A DNA stretch of 64,000 nucleotides from Nitrospirales bacterium. Its GTDB lineage: Bacteria > Nitrospirota > Nitrospiria > Nitrospirales > UBA8639. The translations under genes and the position numbers were made by a program. The notes beneath the pieces were generated by a model. That model was not told the origin of the DNA and searched no databases. It saw only the letters and a program-made list of their open reading frames with translations. The stretch lies in assembly GCA_965223295.1 (NCBI GenBank), contig CBDCWC010000002.1, forward strand, positions 224,001 to 288,000, given 5' to 3'. Below are positions 57,659 to 64,000 of this stretch, one piece after another. Numbering within the stretch: position 1 is the stretch's first letter; every line of letters starts with the position of its first letter.

Positions 57659-58564
57659 ATGAAAATTTTATGTTCTGTTGATGGATCAGATTTTTCTTGT
57701 CTGTTAATGCAGAGTGTGGGAACTGTGTTTCGGAGTAGGGTCAAAGAGATCGTCCTCTTGCATGTGTTGCCTGTGGGGCAAGTTAAGAAACGTCGAATCC
57801 CTAATACAGGACAAGTGGGTTCGTGGTTCGATCTCTCTGAAAAAATGAACCAAGCCAGTAAAAAACTGTTATATGAGCATGCCGAAAGAATCAAATTGGT
57901 ACTGAACCAAGCAGGAACGACTAGACAGACGTCTCTGAAAACTCTAGTCATGAAGGGGAATGTTTCAGATTCTATTCTGCGAGCAAGTGAAAAGATGAAC
58001 GCTGATTGTATTGCAGTTGGTTCCAGAGGAATGACCGATGTTCCAGGATATTTGTTGGGGAGTGTATCAAGAAAAGTGGTGACGCATGCTTCATGTTCTG
58101 TCTTTATGGCCAAAGGGGAGGTCACGGTTCCCCTTTCAGCATTATGTGCGGTGGATGGATCAAAAGCCACCACACGAGCCATCAAAAAAATGACAGATTG
58201 GTTGGACCCCGATGAAATTGCCTTGCATGTGGTTTCGGTAGTTCCTGAAAAATTGACTGACTTGGGTTTAGAGATATTAGGAAAAAGGCAAGCCAAGGCT
58301 CTGATGGCACCGGTTCGAAAGCAAGTTCGAGTGTTATTGGCTGATGTTCAGAAGAAATTTCTTAAGGCAGGTTTTCAGGTGGATACGGAATATTTGGAGG
58401 GGAATCCTCCTAGAGAAATTGTCGAGGCTGCCAAATGTTTGAAGACGTCATTGATCTGTGTTGGATCAAAGGGCCTTTCCGGGATTGACCGATTCATGTT
58501 GGGGAGTGTCTCTGAGTGGGTTAGTACTCATTCGCCGGAGTCAGTGTTGGTGATACGCCAATAA
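57659..58564 (+). CDS. Tandem-domain universal stress protein
   Basis: SVDGS, GSRG...GSVS; AVDGS, GSKG...GSVS. Confidence 0.92.
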   Translation: MKILCSVDGSDFSCLLMQSVGTVFRSRVKEIVLLHVLPVGQVKKRRIPNTGQVGSWFDLSEKMNQASKKLLYEHAERIKLVLNQAGTTRQTSLKTLVMKGNVSDSILRASEKMNADCIAVGSRGMTDVPGYLLGSVSRKVVTHASCSVFMAKGEVTVPLSALCAVDGSKATTRAIKKMTDWLDPDEIALHVVSVVPEKLTDLGLEILGKRQAKALMAPVRKQVRVLLADVQKKFLKAGFQVDTEYLEGNPPREIVEAAKCLKTSLICVGSKGLSGIDRFMLGSVSEWVSTHSPESVLVIRQ

Positions 58565-58567
58565 CCT

Positions 58568-59908
58568 ATGGGAGAAAAGAAAGTGAGGTTGAAATTGATA
58601 GAAAATCGGCGTGGTAAGCAAAGACCTGCAATCGCACAATATGTGGTCTGTTTGGCCTTCTTGATGTTGGCGTTGGATATGTTTTATCTCGTTCCTCTCA
58701 CGTTTGCCGATCATGTTCCCGGGGAACCATCTTCAACTCCAGAGGTACAAAGTTGTGCTGGGGAGCATGCCGGCCGTTTCGTGAGCGACGACGTCCTACA
58801 GATAATTTTGGTGGAACATGCCAAATGGGTACAACATCATCCTAGTTCCAATGGGAAACGGGCTAATTTGTGTGGTGCGGAATTATCGGGAGCTGACTTT
58901 CGCGAGCAAGATCTGAGTGGAGTAAATTTTCAGGGAGCCAACCTTTCTCGTGCCGACTTTACGGCTGCTATTTTAGTCCATGCGAACTTTCGCAAAGCGA
59001 ATGCGAATGAAGCCTCATTCTATGCCGCAGATTTACGAGGAGCCAATGGGTCTGGGGCACTCTTTCGTCGTGCCAATTTCCGAAAAGCGAATTTGAGTCA
59101 AGCCAATTTTTCACGAGCCGATTTGCGGGAGGCGAATTTGGCAGAGGCTCAATTACGTTTTAGTACCTTGCGGGGGGGCAACTTGGAAGAAGCGTACTTG
59201 GTCGGCGCTGATTTAGAAATGGCCAATGGTGAAGAGGCTAACTTGGTTCGTGCGGATTTGCGAGAGGCGAATCTGCACCGGGCGTTGTTGGCTCATGCCA
59301 AACTAGTAGAAGCGGACCTGAACAGCAGTCATTTACAGGAAGCTGATTTTCGTTCGGCTGATTTATCTGCGGCCGACCTGGGTGCCGCCAATATGAATGA
59401 GGCCATTTTTGAAGAAGCAGAACTCCGTGAGGCCACGTTGGAGCGAGCGGTGCTCTATCATGCCAATCTTCACAAAGCCAAATGTGCCGGAGCTAACTTT
59501 CAAGAAGCGGATTTGTTAGGGGCCAATTTGAGCGAAAGTAATCTCGTGAGAGCGGAGATGGACGAAGCCTTTTTGTCAAAGGCCAATTTACAGAAGGCTA
59601 ATTTAGAAGGTGTAGATTTGTCATGGGCTAACCTGGTTGAAGCCGATCTTTCGGAAAGTAATCTAGAATTCTCTGTCATGTTCCGAACAAACTTACAAGA
59701 CGCGATTCTGGATCGGGCCAAATTTTATGGAGCAGATCTGCGAGGGGCGAATGTGAAAGGAGCTTCGTTTCATCGAACAGGGTTGCATGGAGTCGCGATG
59801 CGATATGCGAATGGATTTTCTCAGGACCAAGTCAATGAAGCCTGTGCCGATGTTCGAACGCGCCTGCCAGAAGGAATGAAGAGGCCTCTAGCTTGCCAGA
59901 AAAAGTAG
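58568..59908 (+). CDS. Pentapeptide-repeat protein (A[D/N]Lxx), exported or membrane-anchored
   Basis: Long run of ANLxx/ADLxx repeats after an N-terminal hydrophobic segment. Confidence 0.93.
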   Translation: MGEKKVRLKLIENRRGKQRPAIAQYVVCLAFLMLALDMFYLVPLTFADHVPGEPSSTPEVQSCAGEHAGRFVSDDVLQIILVEHAKWVQHHPSSNGKRANLCGAELSGADFREQDLSGVNFQGANLSRADFTAAILVHANFRKANANEASFYAADLRGANGSGALFRRANFRKANLSQANFSRADLREANLAEAQLRFSTLRGGNLEEAYLVGADLEMANGEEANLVRADLREANLHRALLAHAKLVEADLNSSHLQEADFRSADLSAADLGAANMNEAIFEEAELREATLERAVLYHANLHKAKCAGANFQEADLLGANLSESNLVRAEMDEAFLSKANLQKANLEGVDLSWANLVEADLSESNLEFSVMFRTNLQDAILDRAKFYGADLRGANVKGASFHRTGLHGVAMRYANGFSQDQVNEACADVRTRLPEGMKRPLACQKK

Positions 59909-59920
59909 GCAGTGTGGTTT

Positions 59921-60157
59921 ATGAAACGTTCTTTTCTTATTATTCTTTTCCTAGGTTTGATGGTCTTTCTCTCTCTTTAGGGGTACTACTAGCAGAACAG
60001 GGTGATGCTCACTGGGGAAGGACGCTCTACCTAAAACATTACAGAGTAGGTCACGGTCCAGAGGGGAAGGGCGATGGGGATGTGGAGATTTGTGTTGTCG
60101 GATGAAGAGATGGCTTCTGTTTTGAAATATGTTCGATCTTTCTCTTCGGGATCGTAG
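59921..60157 (+). pseudogene. Decayed class I cytochrome c
   Basis: Signal peptide, frameshift in a ct repeat, GRTLYLKHYRVGHGPEGKGDG (CxxCH position reads YRVGH), then LSDEEMASVLKYVRSF in another frame. Confidence 0.75.
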
Positions 60158-60176
60158 TTTTTACGAAAAAGCATTG

Positions 60177-61700
60177 TTATTTGAGGGACTCTTGACGAAG
60201 CACTTTCACTAACCCCACACCCCCGAAAATCAGAAGCACACTTTGAGGTAAGCCAGCCGATATTGAGGCGGCTTGAAGAGCCTTGAGTCCACCGGCAAGT
60301 AGCAAGACCGCTGCCGCTGCCCCTTCGGACACTCCCCAATACACACGATTGGCCACAGGTGGATTGGGGTTGCCTCTTGAAGTGATCATATCTGCTACAA
60401 AGGAGCCAGAATCTGAAGAAGTGATAAAGAACATGACCATGAGAATCAGTCCAATCCACTGCATGAGTTCTGTCCAGGGAAGTTGTTCGAGTAAGAGAGG
60501 GAGTGACATAGCGACATTCTTCAAGATGGGTTCTGTGAGCCCCCCATCTCCGAAACGTTCCACATACAATGCCGTTCCTCCAAAGACGGCGAACCAGACG
60601 AAGGTCACAAATGTTGGTGCCAACAAGACGCATACCACAAACTCTCGAATTGTTCGCCCACGTGAGATTCGTGCAATAAATATCCCGACAAAAGGACACC
60701 AGGATATCCACCATCCCCAATAAAATAATGTCCAATTCGTTTGCCACTTCGATGACGATCCCCAGTCGACCCATACACTGGTCTGTGCTAGAAAGAGCCC
60801 ATAGTCAAGTAGGCCGAGGGCAAAAGTCTGAATTTGGTACAGAGTGGGCCCTGTCAGGAACACGAAACCTAAAACCAAACACATGATGGCCACGTTTGTG
60901 ATACTTAAATATTTAATCCCACGTGACACCCCACTCACCGTGGAAGTCGTCGCTACGAGAGTAATGAACGTCACAATCCATATTTGGTTTGAGGTGATAT
61001 ATCCAATGTTGGTCAATTGGCTTAAGGCTGCATTTATTTGCATGGCCCCCAATCCGAGGGACGTGGCTACGCCTAACAACGTTCCCACAGTACAAAAGGC
61101 ATCGGTTCCATGGCCTAACCAGCCATATATTCGATTTCCAAACACGGGATGTAAGAGTGAGCGAGGAGCTAACGGCAGGCCCTGACGAAAATGAAGGAGA
61201 GCAATGCCCAGACCGAAAATGACGTACATGGCCCAGGGATGGAGGCCCCAATGAAAATAGCTGAAAAAGATGGCCTCACGTGCGGCTTCGTTTGTCATAG
61301 GCTTTGCGGTGGGTGGGGCTTGGAAATGATTCAGGGGCTCAGCGACACCCCAGAAAACTAAGCCCATTCCCATTCCTGCCGCAAACAACATAGCTAGCCA
61401 TGCCATTCTACTATATTGTGGACTTTCATCTTGCGGCCCCAGTCTGATTCTTCCATAACGGCTGCTCAGCAACCACAACACAAAAACGAGCAAACCTGCA
61501 GTTGCGAAGATGTAGTACCAACCGAAGGTCTGCGTGATAAACGTCAATGTGGCTTGAAACGTTATTTTCGCCAGATCAGTCCAGAAACCAGCAAACAGGA
61601 TAAGTGCAACATTGAGGGTTGCAGCAAGAAAGAAGACTGGAGGACTGATCCCATCGCGCCATTCAAGGAAGAGAGCTTTGGTAGTATGGAACACCTTCAT
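60177..61700 (-). CDS. BCCT-family betaine/carnitine/choline transporter
   Basis: MLFAAGMGMGLVFWGVAEP, HWGLHPW, WTLFYWGWWISWCPFVGIFIARISRGRT. Confidence 0.95.
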   Translation of the reverse strand: MKVFHTTKALFLEWRDGISPPVFFLAATLNVALILFAGFWTDLAKITFQATLTFITQTFGWYYIFATAGLLVFVLWLLSSRYGRIRLGPQDESPQYSRMAWLAMLFAAGMGMGLVFWGVAEPLNHFQAPPTAKPMTNEAAREAIFFSYFHWGLHPWAMYVIFGLGIALLHFRQGLPLAPRSLLHPVFGNRIYGWLGHGTDAFCTVGTLLGVATSLGLGAMQINAALSQLTNIGYITSNQIWIVTFITLVATTSTVSGVSRGIKYLSITNVAIMCLVLGFVFLTGPTLYQIQTFALGLLDYGLFLAQTSVWVDWGSSSKWQTNWTLFYWGWWISWCPFVGIFIARISRGRTIREFVVCVLLAPTFVTFVWFAVFGGTALYVERFGDGGLTEPILKNVAMSLPLLLEQLPWTELMQWIGLILMVMFFITSSDSGSFVADMITSRGNPNPPVANRVYWGVSEGAAAAVLLLAGGLKALQAASISAGLPQSVLLIFGGVGLVKVLRQESLK

Positions 61701-62128
61701 CGGTGTTATTCAACCAGCATTGTGGCATCCTTGCCAGCTAGGTTTTTTCATTTCCATTGCGACACTCTGGTATTCCTGGAAGGAATCTGTCCTGTCAACG
61801 TACAGTTAAGACGCTGGCTATTCTAAAGAAATCGCCTCACGTTCTCTTCATATTGTTTAGGAGCAATCGTATCTCACTCACCGCAACTTCGGAAGCCTAT
61901 TTCATCGTCCAGAAAAATCGAATGTCTGTCAGTTGCTTTTTACTCATTCACAAGTCGTGTCAGGTGGGTTGGCCCAAATGATTTCCATGAGCGACTATGA
62001 TTTTAATGGTAACGCTGCATTGATACTGTACAACTAGTTCGGCGACCGCCGACTCAAAAATTTTTCAGGAGCCTGACTCCGTGGGAAAGAAACCCTTCTG
62101 GTGTCATAGCGAGTTAAACCCGCCCATT

Positions 62129-62188
62129 GTGATAAGGTTGGGTGATGTAGTAAAGCTAACGTCGATGTGGGCACACCAAGCCTTTCGC
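62129..62188 (+). promoter_or_regulatory. Candidate structured 5' leader (riboswitch-like) upstream of a cation:proton antiporter
   Basis: aaggttgggtg/caccaagcctt stem enclosing atgtagtaaa and a small inner hairpin, 44 nt before the GTG start. Confidence 0.4.
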
Positions 62189-62232
62189 TTGAGACCGTTT
62201 GAAAAGGTCTAGAGGGAAATCATAGGTATCCA

Positions 62233-63465
62233 GTGGACCATCATACTTTTTTTCTCCACCTGCTCATCATTCTGTTATCCGCAAGAATTTTTGCGGAAAT
62301 TGCTACACGCCTTCACATGCCACGAGTAATGGGGGAACTCTTTGCCGGTGTTCTTCTTGGGCCAAGCCTTCTGGGTTGGATTGAACCACAGGCTGTTATT
62401 AAATTGTTAGCGGAAATTGGCATTATCCTACTACTATTCGAGGTGGGACTTGGTACCGACGTCAAGCGATTGGTTCGAACCGGGAAAGAAGCCATAATCG
62501 TTGCCATGACTGGGTTTGTTTTACCGTTCACTTTAGGCTTTGCTCTTGCTTACGGGATGTTCAGGCTACCTATTTTAGAGTCTCTTTTCATTGGAGGGAC
62601 TCTCACGGCCACAAGTATTGGCATTACGATGCGAATCCTAATGGATCTCACCAGGCATAATGAGCGAGAAGGCCAAATTATTTTAGGGGCTGCTGTGCTG
62701 GATGATGTGCTGGGTATTGTTTTGTTAGCTCTCCTCTATGAGTTTTCCATCGGGGGAGGCATTAATCTTATCAATGCCAGTAAAGTGTTGTTGTTTGTGG
62801 TGACATTTTTTGTTCTGGCACCCATAGCTGCCAAGTTCATCTCAATTCTCATTAAACATTTTGACCAAACCACAAAGGTTTCCGGTCTCATACCGACGTC
62901 GGTTGTGTCACTAGTACTGTTCTTTGCCTGGCTAGCTCATGCGGTTGGTGCACCGGAACTCTTGGGAGGATTTGCAGCAGGCCTTGCTCTTTCCAGGCGA
63001 TTTTTCCTTCCTTTTGGAATTGCCTTTCATGGTGAGCCGGCTTTTGCCCATCGCATTGAAGAGCAGATGAAGCCGATCATTTTCCTCTTCACTCCAATTT
63101 TCTTTGTCATGGTTGGTCTTTCCCTCAACCTTCGGGTAATTGACTGGCATTCACCTTTTATCTGGACATTTTCTTCATGCCTGTTCGTGGTAGCCATAGT
63201 GGGGAAACTTGGAGGAGCCCTCGTTATTCAGGAACCTTGGCGTGATCGAGTGATCGTGGGTCTGGCCATGATCCCCCGAGGAGAAGTGGGCTTAATTTTC
63301 GCAGAATTAGGTCGAGTGAGTGAGATTTTTAGTAATGAAACTTATGCCGGCATGGTGATCGTCATTGCCCTGACCACTGTGTTCCCACCACTGATTATTA
63401 AGTGGATGTACCAATCCTTCGGCCATCCCCTCCCAATAAGTACAAGTACTAAGGGTGAGAAATAG
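62233..63465 (+). CDS. CPA2-type cation:proton antiporter
   Basis: GELFAG, ATSIGIT, GAAVLDD, MIPRGEVGLIFA. Confidence 0.93.
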   Translation: MDHHTFFLHLLIILLSARIFAEIATRLHMPRVMGELFAGVLLGPSLLGWIEPQAVIKLLAEIGIILLLFEVGLGTDVKRLVRTGKEAIIVAMTGFVLPFTLGFALAYGMFRLPILESLFIGGTLTATSIGITMRILMDLTRHNEREGQIILGAAVLDDVLGIVLLALLYEFSIGGGINLINASKVLLFVVTFFVLAPIAAKFISILIKHFDQTTKVSGLIPTSVVSLVLFFAWLAHAVGAPELLGGFAAGLALSRRFFLPFGIAFHGEPAFAHRIEEQMKPIIFLFTPIFFVMVGLSLNLRVIDWHSPFIWTFSSCLFVVAIVGKLGGALVIQEPWRDRVIVGLAMIPRGEVGLIFAELGRVSEIFSNETYAGMVIVIALTTVFPPLIIKWMYQSFGHPLPISTSTKGEK

Positions 63466-63637
63466 CAGGGTATACAGGAATCCCGTCGTGTAGATATCCT
63501 TGTACTTTTTCGTTCATTGTATTCTGCAGAAATCTTTGTTGTGGCGCATCCGATTTTTTCAAAGAATCCGAACCCTGTCCTTTACCTCAATATATGGGCT
63601 TGAGGGACTCATTGAAAGACTTTAAAGGCACTGGTTG

Positions 63638-64000
63638 TTATTTCTGTCCCTGCTTCCGCCGTTGTTCTCGGAGTCGCTGTATTTCTTCTTCTCCCAAGGG
63701 TGCGTGATGCTTGATTTGTAGGCTTCGTGCCCATTCGCGGGCAAAGTCACGCTGGAGGTTCATATTCACCATTGCAGTGACGAACATTGTCAATAACGCT
63801 CCCAAACTCGCTAAGGCCATATCCTTGTGGGCATCCCACACATCGCCTTGGGTCCCTAAATAGGCAATCCCTAAGTCTCCCCCAACGACTGTTGCCGCCC
63901 CCCATTCCATAAGTTCGAAAATCATAGATGTGGCCATGATGAAACTCATGGGCAAAGCATAGCCCCAAAATCCTCGTACGCCGGCGATTCGCAAATACAC
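63638..64000 (-). CDS. DUF2238 family membrane protein, 3' part
   Basis: FELMEW...YLGTQGDVWDAHKDM; runs off the right edge. Confidence 0.88.
   Translation of the reverse strand: MYLRIAGVRGFWGYALPMSFIMATSMIFELMEWGAATVVGGDLGIAYLGTQGDVWDAHKDMALASLGALLTMFVTAMVNMNLQRDFAREWARSLQIKHHAPLGEEEIQRLREQRRKQGQK

Noticed and set aside
58850-59800. 15-bp periodicity as a DNA repeat
   Set aside because: Explained by the pentapeptide protein repeats.
60031-61826. Long alternative-frame ORFs overlapping the BCCT gene
   Set aside because: Frame shadows of a well-supported transporter.

Overview
A 64 kb window of bacterial chromosome with mid-range GC. Gene content (small CxxC...RCxxCGExIDPVILxNR protein, sigma-54 systems, USP clusters, pentapeptide proteins, BCCT and Na+/H+ antiporters) suggests a marine Nitrospirales/Nitrospira-like organism; this is an inference. 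About 55 protein genes are present, including pepM fused to a nucleotidyltransferase, a CCA/A-adding enzyme, scpAB, rmuC, ftsH, roxA, a sigma-54 two-component/USP stress cluster and two damaged toxin-antitoxin loci. No rRNA, tRNA, CRISPR array or transposase was seen. The most striking signal is non-coding. Eleven copies of a modular, mostly ~190 bp miniature inverted-repeat element (family A, mostly 5-bp target duplications) and two copies of a ~140 bp element with unrelated ends (family B, 4-bp duplications) carry the same internal motif at the same spacing: GCAAGG-N22/23-GYGTA-loop-TACRTGAG-N18-ACGCCGC, set in a long covarying hairpin. Other observations are REP-like palindromes translated in frame inside an MFS transporter and at the C-terminus of the CCA enzyme, a candidate structured leader before a cation:proton antiporter, and several broken genes (one amber-interrupted gene, three single-base frameshifts and a decayed cytochrome c).
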